This document shows positions 9,639 through 18,759 of a DNA stretch of 32,000 nt, in pieces. The notes under the pieces were generated by a model. That model saw only the letters and a list, made by a program, of their open reading frames with translations. It ran no database searches and had not been told where the DNA came from. The position numbers were made by a program, and so were the translations under genes. Position 1 is the stretch's first letter, and every line of letters begins with the position of its first letter. The stretch is from the NCBI RefSeq assembly GCF_000231385.2, contig NC_018515.1:4829624-4861623 (forward strand). Direction: 5' to 3'. The DNA comes from Desulfosporosinus meridiei DSM 13257 (lineage in GTDB: Bacteria > Bacillota > Desulfitobacteriia > Desulfitobacteriales > Desulfitobacteriaceae).

Positions 9639-10973
9639 TTAAGCACTTTGATGTTGTCGATCAAGATTCACAAACTTTGTGAACTCTTTAAGAAACCCTA
9701 ACTCGACGGCACCTACCGGGCCGTTCCGGTGTTTAGCAATAATCAATTCCGCAATTCCCTTTTTCTCTGACTCCGGATGATAATACTCATCTCGATAAAT
9801 AAATGAAATCACATCTGCATCTGCTTCAATTGCCCCCGACTCAAGCAAATCTGACATAATTGGTCGTTTATCTTGGCGTTGTTCAACTCCTCGATTAAGC
9901 TGAGACAAAGCAATGACAGGCACTTTCAGTTCACGAGCCAGACCCTTAAGGGCTCTGGAGATCTGGGCAACTTCCTGCTGTCGGCTCTCAGATTTTTTTC
10001 CAACCGACAAGAGCTGAAGGTAATCAATAATTATCATTCCTAAATTGTGCTCCGTCTTTAGTCTCCGAGACTTTGAACGAAGCTCCGCTAAGGAAATACC
10101 AACGGTATCATCAATAAAGATTGGCGCATCAGAGAGCGGGCCTACTGCCCGGGTCAACTTAGGCCAATCCGTATCCAAAAGATCTCCGGTCCGTACACGT
10201 TGTTGGTCGACCATAGCCTCACCGCAGAGCATACGCTGAACCAACTGTTCCTTAGACATTTCTAAGCTAAAAATTGCCACAGGCACCTTAGCCCGAACTG
10301 AAGCATTTTGGGCCATATTTAAAACCAGGGCCGTTTTACCCATCGAAGGTCGGGCTGCAATAATCACTAAATCTGACGGCTGCCATCCGGAGGTCATCCT
10401 GTCTAAATCGGTGAAAAAGGTAGGAACACCTGTGAGATTTCCTTTATTAGCGTAGAGATACTCAATTTTTTCAAAGGTATCTAACAAAACATCACGAATA
10501 GCACTAAACCCATCTTTAACTCGCTGTCTGGAAAGATCCAGAATCAGTTTTTCTGCTTCTTCTAATAGGGAATGGGCTTCTTCCCCTGGCTCATAGCCCC
10601 GTTCCAGAATACTGCTAGTTGCCCGAATAAGCTGACGAAGAAGGGATTTTTCGGAAACGATCCGCGCATAATATTCCACATTTGCCGCAGTAGGAACGGA
10701 ACGGGCAATTTCAGAAATTGTGGTTATGCCACCGACCTGTTCTAATCGCCCTTGGCGGTGTAAAGCCTCAGCAACACTGACCAGGTCAACCGGATCCCCC
10801 TTTTCCGAGAGATCACGAATTGCAGAAAACATTAACCGGTGATTGTCTCGATAAAAGTCATCCGGTTGAAGCAGCTCAAAGACCGAACTTCCAGCCTCCG
10901 GATCAAGCATCATTGCTCCTAAGACCGCTTGTTCGGCCTCTAAATTCTGTGGTGGAACTTTAATGAGTTCCAT
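9639..10973 (-). CDS. dnaB: Replicative DNA helicase DnaB (DnaC in B. subtilis nomenclature)
   Basis: 444 aa; NLEAEQAVLGAMM N-terminus, Walker A GKTALVLNMAQNA, IIIDYLQLL, QEVAQISRALKGLARELKVPVIALSQLNRGVE. Confidence 0.99.
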   Translation of the reverse strand: MELIKVPPQNLEAEQAVLGAMMLDPEAGSSVFELLQPDDFYRDNHRLMFSAIRDLSEKGDPVDLVSVAEALHRQGRLEQVGGITTISEIARSVPTAANVEYYARIVSEKSLLRQLIRATSSILERGYEPGEEAHSLLEEAEKLILDLSRQRVKDGFSAIRDVLLDTFEKIEYLYANKGNLTGVPTFFTDLDRMTSGWQPSDLVIIAARPSMGKTALVLNMAQNASVRAKVPVAIFSLEMSKEQLVQRMLCGEAMVDQQRVRTGDLLDTDWPKLTRAVGPLSDAPIFIDDTVGISLAELRSKSRRLKTEHNLGMIIIDYLQLLSVGKKSESRQQEVAQISRALKGLARELKVPVIALSQLNRGVEQRQDKRPIMSDLLESGAIEADADVISFIYRDEYYHPESEKKGIAELIIAKHRNGPVGAVELGFLKEFTKFVNLDRQHQSA

Positions 10974-11116
10974 ATTTTCTCTCCTCCGGTTCTAATCAGT
11001 GGGCACCAGTCCTTCAACGCGCAGGGTCGGCCATAAATGCCATAGGTTTTGACCATTGATGCCAAGAACTCCTGCACAAAAGAAAGCAAAAGGGCCTTTT
11101 GGAAAAGTTATAACTT

Positions 11117-13024
11117 TTAATCTTGTATAAAAATGTGGCTCATTGCCTCTTCAATCGTACTGACCGCTACAACTTCTATTCCTTGTAAGCTCTGCGGCAC
11201 ATCTGCCATATTTTCAAATGGAATTAAAACCTTTCGAACTTCAACTTGCTTAGCACCGAAAATCTTTTCATAAATGCCGCCAACAGGTTTAACTTTGCCT
11301 TGGATAGAAATCTCACCTGTCACCGCAACATCTTGTCGCAGAGGCTGTTTTTTTAAAGCACTATAAATGGCTAGGGTGGTTGCCAGTCCAGCTGAAGGAC
11401 CATCAATCTTCGCCCCGCCAATTACATTAACATGAACATCATAATTCCGGATATCTTCCCCTGTAAGGTCACGAATAACAGCCGCTGCATTAAAGACAGC
11501 ATCCCTGGCCATACTTCCTGCTGTTTCATTAAATCGAATGGTTCCTTTACCTTCTAAGCCTGTAAAGGTAATCGCCTCAATCTCCAAAACAGAACCCAAA
11601 AAGCCTGCTACTCCCAGTCCTAACACTCTGCCAATTTCCACATTGCTTTGAACCTTACGGAAAATAAAAGGGGTAAGTCTGGCAGATCGCAGAACCTCAT
11701 AAACATCTGCGCTTGTCACTCTTATCTCCTTTTGATCTGGGTTACGATACCTAGCGAGGCCATAGGCGTCTGTCAAAATACTATTGGCCTTCCTACCCTC
11801 AATGACGTATTCACTAATTATCTCAGGGACATTGTCGTCTAAAATCACACCCAGCTTTTGACCTGCCTGGCGAATAATCTCTTGGACATCTTTCGGTTCC
11901 AAAGGGACAAAGAATACCTCAGAACAGCGTGAACGCAGGGCTGGATTAAGCTCGGCAGGATCCCGGGTGGTAGCTCCAATGAGCACAAAATCTGCCGGAG
12001 CCCCCTCATCAAAAAGCTTCTTAATCCATTGTGGTATCTGCACATTACCAGGATCATAGTAAGAGGAATCAAAAAACGCCCGCTTATCTTCAAGCACTTT
12101 AAGAAGCTTATTCAAAAGCAAAGGATCCATTTCTCCAATTTCATCGATGAAAAGAATCCCTCCATGAGCATCGCTTACTAAACCCATTTTCGGTTCAGGA
12201 ATACCTGTATCTGCTAAGTCATGCTTGGCACCTTGATAGATTGGATCGTGTACGGAACCTAAGAGAGGGTTAGTTACATCCCGAGGATCCCACCTTAAAG
12301 TTGTTCCATCCACTTCAACAAAGGGAGCATCCTTAGAAAAAGGAGAAAAGGAACGTTTCTTAACTGTCTCCAAAGCAACCCTAGCCGCAGATGTTTTACC
12401 TACTCCAGGAGGGCCATAAATAATCATATGTTGAGGGTAGGGTGTTGCCAACTTTGCTAGGAGAGCCTGTACGGCAGCCTCCTGCCCAACAATTTCTTCT
12501 ACAGCCTGAGGACGTAGTACATCAATAGCGGATCGTTTCAGTGAAATAGTATTCATCTTTTCCAGAATAGCTAACTTTTTAAGAGTTTGGGCATTCTCGG
12601 GCCCAGTAGTTTCTTTAAGCACGTTCATTTTAATCTCTTTGACGTAATCCTCATGACGTTCTTGCATCTTCTCGGAAACTACACGTTCCAGACGATCTTC
12701 AACAGCACGCCGTGCAATAAGGTCTGCAATTTGCTCTTCAACTTCATCTAGGAATTGGGGTATTTCTTGCAGCTTTGGTATCCTTTGATCCGTGGGATCA
12801 TCAGAGACAATTTTCTTTAATCCTGCAACACGCTCAGTCAGTATCTCGGAGCGCATCAGCGCCAATGCCTCCAAGCGACTAGCCTTAAGCACTAGCTTAT
12901 CAGTTCCATAATAGTTTGAAAGCAAGACATAAAGTGCTTCAACTTCCCGACTCCACTCTTCCTCATCTTGTAACCGGTCTCCGTGATTTGCTTGATTTAA
13001 CCATTTTGTCAAAATCCCTTTCAT
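11117..13024 (-). CDS. lonC: Lon-family ATP-dependent protease, LonC-like (sporulation-associated Lon paralogue)
   Basis: 635 aa; Walker A YGPPGVGKTS, AAA+ HGGILFIDEIGEMDPLLLNKLLKVLEDKR, and C-terminal Ser-Lys Lon protease domain KIDGPSAGLA...GEISIQGKVKPVGGIYEK. The divergent ~150-aa N-terminus fits LonC rather than LonA/LonB. Confidence 0.88.
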   Translation of the reverse strand: MKGILTKWLNQANHGDRLQDEEEWSREVEALYVLLSNYYGTDKLVLKASRLEALALMRSEILTERVAGLKKIVSDDPTDQRIPKLQEIPQFLDEVEEQIADLIARRAVEDRLERVVSEKMQERHEDYVKEIKMNVLKETTGPENAQTLKKLAILEKMNTISLKRSAIDVLRPQAVEEIVGQEAAVQALLAKLATPYPQHMIIYGPPGVGKTSAARVALETVKKRSFSPFSKDAPFVEVDGTTLRWDPRDVTNPLLGSVHDPIYQGAKHDLADTGIPEPKMGLVSDAHGGILFIDEIGEMDPLLLNKLLKVLEDKRAFFDSSYYDPGNVQIPQWIKKLFDEGAPADFVLIGATTRDPAELNPALRSRCSEVFFVPLEPKDVQEIIRQAGQKLGVILDDNVPEIISEYVIEGRKANSILTDAYGLARYRNPDQKEIRVTSADVYEVLRSARLTPFIFRKVQSNVEIGRVLGLGVAGFLGSVLEIEAITFTGLEGKGTIRFNETAGSMARDAVFNAAAVIRDLTGEDIRNYDVHVNVIGGAKIDGPSAGLATTLAIYSALKKQPLRQDVAVTGEISIQGKVKPVGGIYEKIFGAKQVEVRKVLIPFENMADVPQSLQGIEVVAVSTIEEAMSHIFIQD

Positions 13025-13077
13025 CAGGGGTCCCCTTTCACGAGAACAGATTATTTGATATCAGTTGAAATCGAATT

Positions 13078-13524
13078 TTAGATTGAGCTTACATGTACCT
13101 GAAGCTTAGCAATTACCTCAGGATGAACCTTCACATTAACTTCATAACTGCCAAGAGCTTTAATCGGTTCTTTCAGATCTAACTTCCGTTTATCTATTTC
13201 CACACCATGCTGTTTTTTTAAGGCATCGGCAATTTCTTTACTGGTTACTGAGCCAAACAAACGGCCGCCTTCACCGGTTTTTGTTTTTACTTCTACTTTT
13301 AAGGCACTTAATTTATTCCCTAATAAAACAGCATCTTCTTTTTCTTTTACTTTACGGCGCTCTTCAACAGCCTTTTTATGAGAAATATCGTTAATATTAC
13401 CTGTTGTAGCTTCAACAGCCAATTTTTTAGGGAATAAAAAATTTCTTGCATATCCATCTGCAACCTCTAAGATCTGTCCTTTTTTGCCGGTTCCTTTTAC
13501 ATCAGCTTGAAGAATTACCTTCAT
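13078..13524 (-). CDS. rplI: 50S ribosomal protein L9
   Basis: 148 aa; [40 protein letters not shown]. Confidence 0.99.
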   Translation of the reverse strand: MKVILQADVKGTGKKGQILEVADGYARNFLFPKKLAVEATTGNINDISHKKAVEERRKVKEKEDAVLLGNKLSALKVEVKTKTGEGGRLFGSVTSKEIADALKKQHGVEIDKRKLDLKEPIKALGSYEVNVKVHPEVIAKLQVHVSSI

Positions 13525-13537
13525 GAAAACTCCTCCT

Positions 13538-14482
13538 TTATGATTCTTCCGGTAGACGACGGAAATTCACAACTAGATCAAACAGTCCAAATATAATAAT
13601 GCTTACAAAGCTAAACATGAAATAAATTAAATTCAATAAAATTAACACCCATTTGAGGAGCCTGGGGATTTTCGGTGATTGTAACAGAAAAAGGTAGGCA
13701 GCAATTCCTAAGACAAGGGTCAAGGCCCCATAAACAACCATAAGATTAATCCCTAGCCCCCGGATAAAAGCCCAAGAGAATTGATCCCCTAAGAGATAAC
13801 AGGCAATTCCCAAAACTGCACCCCAAACTGCATACCAGGGAAGACGCCAATGAGTAAAGGGAACCCATACTAAATCCTTTCTAAAAAGGCGCCTCACAAA
13901 ATAAAAAACAAAACCAAATTCAATAATCGCTAAAATCGCTGCTATACTCGGAAGGACTAAAGCATAAATCTCAATTCCTTGTTGCAAAATATCTCGGATC
14001 TGTACCTCGCTTATCCCTTGCTGACCCATAATCTCCAGCATACCGGATGCTTGGTATTGTTCTATGGTTGTATTGATCATAGCACTTGCGGTATTAGCAT
14101 CAATTCCCTGCACAATAAAAGGAAGGGTCTGCGCTACACCTAAGCTTCCTGCCAAGACAGCACTCCAAAAAAAACTCACCCGAACAGGCCACCCCTTTTG
14201 CCAGCCGAAAACTCCCAGTAAACCTGCCAGAGGTACGAAGCCTAGATAATTAATTGCGTTTACCTGATAGACAAGCAAGGCGGCGATATAGCCAAGTGCT
14301 AAAAAGACGGAGGCAGTAAGCATTCCTTTGCGCCGACCTACGATAAATACACTAAACAATAAAAATACTTCCCAAAAAAATCCCCAGGTTCCCATAGCGA
14401 TTCCCACAACCGGAAAGGTCATCAGAATTCCTCTCGCCAAATAATCTTGTGCCATTTCATCACTAATAAACATTATCTCCAA
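13538..14482 (-). CDS. DUF2232 (YybS-like) multi-pass membrane protein
   Basis: 314 aa, very hydrophobic with multiple predicted TM segments; located directly upstream of rplI as yybS is in Bacillus. Confidence 0.85.
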   Translation of the reverse strand: MEIMFISDEMAQDYLARGILMTFPVVGIAMGTWGFFWEVFLLFSVFIVGRRKGMLTASVFLALGYIAALLVYQVNAINYLGFVPLAGLLGVFGWQKGWPVRVSFFWSAVLAGSLGVAQTLPFIVQGIDANTASAMINTTIEQYQASGMLEIMGQQGISEVQIRDILQQGIEIYALVLPSIAAILAIIEFGFVFYFVRRLFRKDLVWVPFTHWRLPWYAVWGAVLGIACYLLGDQFSWAFIRGLGINLMVVYGALTLVLGIAAYLFLLQSPKIPRLLKWVLILLNLIYFMFSFVSIIIFGLFDLVVNFRRLPEES

Positions 14483-14497
14483 CTTTCCCCATTAAAG

Positions 14498-14788
14498 TTA
14501 GTCCTCGGGAGCTAAGTAGCTTAATAATAAGCTCAAATCTCCCCATTGCTTTTCAAGACACATTTCATCTGTGATCTTTAAACTGTCTAAACGTTGCAAT
14601 AGCATACGATCAAGCCTTGAAAAATCAAAACCTAATCTTCTAGCTAACAAATAACTCATTCCAACAAGATCTGCTAAACCCTGAATCATTTCATCTTCAG
14701 ATCCACTTAAAGTTCCATGATGAACAAGCCACTGTGCCTGAATTAGATTAACCTTTAGTTCATCAATAGCTTTTAATCCTTTAACCAC
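14498..14788 (-). CDS. MazG-like family protein
   Basis: 96 aa; short helical protein (LIQAQWLVHHGTLSGSEDEMIQGLADLVGMSYLLARRLGFDFSRLD) next to the yybS-like gene. Start codon uncertain. Confidence 0.6.
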   Translation of the reverse strand: MVKGLKAIDELKVNLIQAQWLVHHGTLSGSEDEMIQGLADLVGMSYLLARRLGFDFSRLDRMLLQRLDSLKITDEMCLEKQWGDLSLLLSYLAPED

Positions 14789-15054
14789 ATCTACTTCAAT
14801 ATCCAGAGATGCCCCCTCCTAATCTCTCCATCCATTTCAGAGGCCCCTACTTCTGTCTAAGTAGGAGTTCCATGCTCTGCATAATTCTCATCTCAGCTTA
14901 GGCTGCAACAGTTCACAATCTGCAAAAACTGTCAGAGAATACAAACCATGCCTACCAGATACAGTTCGTGATAAACCTATAAATCTCCTGCAGTTCTGAT
15001 TAATGAAAATTTAACCATTGCAGAACAATGTTCAGGATATAAGGCAAAAATACA

Positions 15055-15076
15055 AAAGGGAGCTCTCGCTCCCTTT
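15055..15076 (-). terminator. Terminator of the rpsF-ssb-rpsR unit
   Basis: AAAGGGAGC-tctc-GCTCCCTTT 9-bp stem immediately past the rpsR stop; minus-strand U-rich tail (TTTTGTATTTTTG). Confidence 0.85.
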
Positions 15077-15079
15077 CTT

Positions 15080-15310
15080 CTACTCTACACTATATGGCAA
15101 TAAAGCAATACTGCGAGCCCGTTTGATGGCCAAGGTTACTTGGCGCTGATGCATAGCGCAGTTTCCTGAAATACGACGAGGTAATATCTTACCACGATCC
15201 GTAACGTACTTACGAATTTTATGTGTTTCTTTGTAATCCATTGACTCAACTTTATCTACACAAAAACTGCACACCCGCTTGCGTGGGCGACGTCCGCGTT
15301 CACGTTTCAT
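15080..15310 (-). CDS. rpsR: 30S ribosomal protein S18, Cys-containing form
   Basis: 76 aa; CSFCVDK...[49 protein letters not shown]. Confidence 0.99.
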   Translation of the reverse strand: MKRERGRRPRKRVCSFCVDKVESMDYKETHKIRKYVTDRGKILPRRISGNCAMHQRQVTLAIKRARSIALLPYSVE

Positions 15311-15331
15311 ACTAATTCTCCCCTTCCCCTA

Positions 15332-15742
15332 TTAGAATGGGATGTCATCATCCAAATTCACTTCATGTCCAAAGGAACTATTCCCACCAAAGGATCTCGA
15401 TTCTGCGCTTCCGCCTCCACTATCTTTTGGACTTAGGAAACGAACATCTTCAGCAATAACCTCTGTTACCCAGCGCTTTTGACCATCTTGTCCAGTGTAC
15501 GAACGCACCTGAATTCGACCATCAACTGATGCCAGTTTACCCTTAGCTAAATAATTAGCACAGAGTTCAGCAAGTTGCCGATAAACTACGCAATTAATAA
15601 AGTCGGTATCTCTTTCCCCTTGAGAATTCTTATAATTGCGATCAATTGCTAATGTAAAATTTGCAACCGCTACACCTGTTGGGGTGTATCGCAATTCGGG
15701 GTCTTTCGTCAAACGGCCTATCAAGATGACACGATTTAACAT
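15332..15742 (-). CDS. ssb: Single-stranded DNA-binding protein
   Basis: 136 aa; [35 protein letters not shown] and acidic C-terminal tip DDDIPF. Confidence 0.99.
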   Translation of the reverse strand: MLNRVILIGRLTKDPELRYTPTGVAVANFTLAIDRNYKNSQGERDTDFINCVVYRQLAELCANYLAKGKLASVDGRIQVRSYTGQDGQKRWVTEVIAEDVRFLSPKDSGGGSAESRSFGGNSSFGHEVNLDDDIPF

Positions 15743-15760
15743 ATATGCCCCCCCGCTCTA

Positions 15761-16048
15761 TTAGTCGTCTTTTCTAACGGTTAAGAAACGGATTACATCG
15801 TCGGATATTTTCATAACCCGCTCAATTTCTTGAGATGTACGGCCTTCACCTTCGAAATTCATCAGGATGTATTGGCCCTCTTTGTAATCATCGATTTCAT
15901 AGGCTAACCGACGTTTACCCCACTTTTCAACCGTTAAGTTAGCTCCGCCATTGCTAGCAACGAGCCCGGCTAAACGATCTACAAGTGCCGTAGTTGCCTC
16001 TTCGTCCAAGTCTGGACGAATGATATAAAGTAATTCATACGCTTTCAT
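15761..16048 (-). CDS. rpsF: 30S ribosomal protein S6
   Basis: 95 aa; YELLYIIRPDLDEEA, GKRRLAYEIDDYKEGQYILMNF. Confidence 0.98.
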   Translation of the reverse strand: MKAYELLYIIRPDLDEEATTALVDRLAGLVASNGGANLTVEKWGKRRLAYEIDDYKEGQYILMNFEGEGRTSQEIERVMKISDDVIRFLTVRKDD

Positions 16049-16049
16049 A

Positions 16050-16100
16050 TTTGCACCTCCCCTCGGACTAAACGGCCCCGACTTTACGGAGCAGGGATAT
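16050..16100 (-). promoter_or_regulatory. Candidate structured rpsF leader (possible S6:S18 autoregulatory element)
   Basis: Minus strand GCTCCGTAAAGTCGGGGCCGTTTAGTCCGAGGGGAGGTGCAAATATG; UCGG/CCGA inner pairing, and an upstream CUCC can pair with the GGAG of the Shine-Dalgarno. By-eye fold only. Confidence 0.35.
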
Positions 16101-16243
16101 TTAGACTACCAAGCAGAAATTATACCACTTCAAACTCAAAAAAGCAACATTTTAAGATAACTTAGTACTTTCATAGTTTTACCAGATTAACTTTCGAGCA
16201 GATCATTCTATAGCTTAGCCCGATACTAAAATGAATTTACTCT

Positions 16244-17344
16244 CTATACATTAAAACGGAAATGAACAATATCTCCATCATTCATAATGTACTCTTTGCC
16301 CTCCAGACGAACTAGCCCTTTGTCTCTGGCACCATTTAATCCGTTAAACTCAACAAAATCTTTATAAGAAACTACTTCTGCTCGGATAAAACCGTGTTCA
16401 AAATCAGTATGAATCACCCCAGCAGCCTTGGGAGCTTTTGTTCCCTGATAAATAGTCCATGCTTTCACTTCAATGGGGCCGGCAGTGAAAAACGTCATTA
16501 AACCCAACAAGTGGAAGGCAACGCGAATTAAGCGATCTAAACCAGATTCTTCAAGCCCTAAGTCTTCCAGAAAAGCAGCTTTTTCATCTGCCTCAAGTTC
16601 CGCGATTTCCGCTTCAATTTGAGCGCAAACAACAACGACTTCCGCACCTTCTTCAGCGGCAATCTCCCGAACTTGTTGAACATAGGGATTATCATCTGCT
16701 GTAGCTAACCCACTTTCACTAACATTAGCAACATAAAGCACCGGCTTTAGCGTCAAGAGTGGGAATCCCTTCAGAATCTCCCGCTCATCATCTGTAAAGG
16801 TCAAGGAACGGGCCCCTTTGCCTTGATTGAACACTTCCTTTAACCGTTCTAAAAGTGCAATTTCACTTTGTGCCTTTTTATCCCCCGTTTTTAGGAGTTT
16901 GGAGGTTCGATCTGAACGTTTCTCTATGCTTTCCATATCGGATAAGATTAATTCTAGATCAATAGTTTCTATATCTCGCTTTGGGTTTACATTACCTTCT
17001 ACGTGGACAACATTCTCATCTTCAAAACACCGTACGACATGCACAATTGCGTCGACTTCACGAATATGAGATAAGAACTTATTACCTAAACCTTCTCCTT
17101 TACTTGCTCCTTTAACAAGTCCGGCTATGTCCACAAACTCCACAGTCGCTGGAACAATCTTCTTCGGATTGACCATCTCTGCCAGCTTTTGCAAACGTGA
17201 ATCAGGAACCTCTACCATTCCAACATTAGGATCAATCGTGCAAAAAGGATAATTTGCGGCTTCCGCACCGGCTTGGGTGATGGCATTAAATAATGTCGAC
17301 TTGCCTACGTTTGGCAAACCGACTATTCCTGCATGTAACGTCAT
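16244..17344 (-). CDS. ychF: Redox-regulated ATPase/GTPase YchF (Obg family)
   Basis: 366 aa; [53 protein letters not shown]-terminal TGS-like region. Confidence 0.98.
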   Translation of the reverse strand: MTLHAGIVGLPNVGKSTLFNAITQAGAEAANYPFCTIDPNVGMVEVPDSRLQKLAEMVNPKKIVPATVEFVDIAGLVKGASKGEGLGNKFLSHIREVDAIVHVVRCFEDENVVHVEGNVNPKRDIETIDLELILSDMESIEKRSDRTSKLLKTGDKKAQSEIALLERLKEVFNQGKGARSLTFTDDEREILKGFPLLTLKPVLYVANVSESGLATADDNPYVQQVREIAAEEGAEVVVVCAQIEAEIAELEADEKAAFLEDLGLEESGLDRLIRVAFHLLGLMTFFTAGPIEVKAWTIYQGTKAPKAAGVIHTDFEHGFIRAEVVSYKDFVEFNGLNGARDKGLVRLEGKEYIMNDGDIVHFRFNV

Positions 17345-17471
17345 GTCAGAACCTCCTCATAATACGCAAACGAACTACCTTAACCGATTATATGTGATGT
17401 TTTCATACACTGCAACCACTCTGCTCATTCAAACATGATACCCCCAAATAAGGTGACCTTGGTCTCAGTTT

Positions 17472-17666
17472 CTATTTTTCATCAACCCTTTGAAGAATCT
17501 CTTTTAAATTTCGTTCGAGTTTGACCCGCGGAATCCAGGCTTGATGCTGGCATCCTAAACACTGTATGCGGAAATCCATTCCCGTTCTCATTACCTTCCA
17601 ATCCAGACTTCCACAGGGATGTGGCTTGCGAAGTCGAACAATATCTCCTACATTTAACGGAATCAT
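17472..17666 (-). CDS. DUF951 family protein
   Basis: 64 aa; VGDIVRLRKPHPCGSLDWKVMRTGMDFRIQCLGCQHQAWIPRVKLERNLKEI, typical of this small conserved Firmicute family. Confidence 0.93.
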   Translation of the reverse strand: MIPLNVGDIVRLRKPHPCGSLDWKVMRTGMDFRIQCLGCQHQAWIPRVKLERNLKEILQRVDEK

Positions 17667-17862
17667 TCAGTGATACCCCCTGATCGAGATTCGAAATTCG
17701 AGGCACGAATTCCCACGAAAGAACTTACCACGTTTTGCTTCTCATCTCGAGTTTTTGAGTTTCCTACCAAGCCGCTAGATTTGAGTAACTTAGTTTGATC
17801 TCCAAACTAAACAAATGACCGAATAAAACGTTAGTCTTTCCAAAAGTAACTTTATCGAGTTC

Positions 17863-18732
17863 TTAACCACTTGAATCCTTAATGGGATTCGTCACATAGA
17901 CATTTTGTTGTGGTGTGCGAATTCCTTCTTTTAAGAAAGCACTATGTATTTGCCTCCGCAGTTCTCTCTCCAAACTCCACTGTTCATTGGGCTGTGTAAA
18001 GGCAATTACTCTTAATACCGTATTTCTTTCACCAAACTGGATTACTCCTTGTACGGTTGGCGGATCAATTATCTTGTCACCAAACTCTGTACCCACCTGT
18101 TCACAAACAGTATGCATTACAGACATAGCCTTGTCCAAATCCTCATCATAAGGAACCTGAATATCTACCAAGGCCCTCATTTTACCTCTACTATAGTTGG
18201 TAACCGCTGTGATACTACCATTTGGAATAATATGAAGTTCCCCGCCCCAATCCCTCAGATGTGTTGCCCTAATCCCTGTCTCTTCAACTACCCCTGAGAA
18301 TTGACCGGTTTGTACATAATCGCCAACAGAAAATTGGTCTTCAAAGAGGATGAAGAAACCTCCAATTATATCTTTAACAAGGCTCTGGGATCCAAAACCT
18401 AAGGCTACTCCTAAGACACTAGCAGAAGCTAGAAGAGTACCTGTATCAAAGCTAAAAAGATGCTTAAGAACATGAATAATAGCAGTAAAGGCGATTAAAT
18501 AAAACGCCATACTCTTAAGCAACGAAAAGATCGTATTAGACTTGCGTTCATCAAGCAGTTTTTTTCCTCTATGGTCTAACAACATCCGGCGTAATAAATA
18601 AATTGCTAACCCATAAGCAACACGTGCAATGATTAATACTAAAACTATATATATCAGAGAATTTAAGATGGTCATTCCCAATTTTTGCCATTCAAAATTT
18701 GAGAAACTATTATTAATCCATAGACTATTCAT
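17863..18732 (-). CDS. Mechanosensitive ion channel, MscS family
   Basis: 289 aa; TM segments then GVALGFGSQSLVKDIIGGFFILFEDQFSVGDYVQTGQFSGVVEETGIRATHLRDWGGELHIIPNGSI. Confidence 0.95.
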   Translation of the reverse strand: MNSLWINNSFSNFEWQKLGMTILNSLIYIVLVLIIARVAYGLAIYLLRRMLLDHRGKKLLDERKSNTIFSLLKSMAFYLIAFTAIIHVLKHLFSFDTGTLLASASVLGVALGFGSQSLVKDIIGGFFILFEDQFSVGDYVQTGQFSGVVEETGIRATHLRDWGGELHIIPNGSITAVTNYSRGKMRALVDIQVPYDEDLDKAMSVMHTVCEQVGTEFGDKIIDPPTVQGVIQFGERNTVLRVIAFTQPNEQWSLERELRRQIHSAFLKEGIRTPQQNVYVTNPIKDSSG

Positions 18733-18759
18733 GTTACTGTCTTCCTTTTAGTTAATGGA

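Noticed and set aside
13078-16048. Considered whether the ribosomal/ssb/DUF2232/MazG block was an unusual accessory system
   Set aside because: This is a familiar Firmicute core gene neighbourhood (yybS-like, rplI, rpsR-ssb-rpsF), not an accessory island.
17482-17706. Alternative minus-strand frame of 74 aa over DUF951
   Set aside because: Overlaps the well-supported DUF951 gene in another frame.
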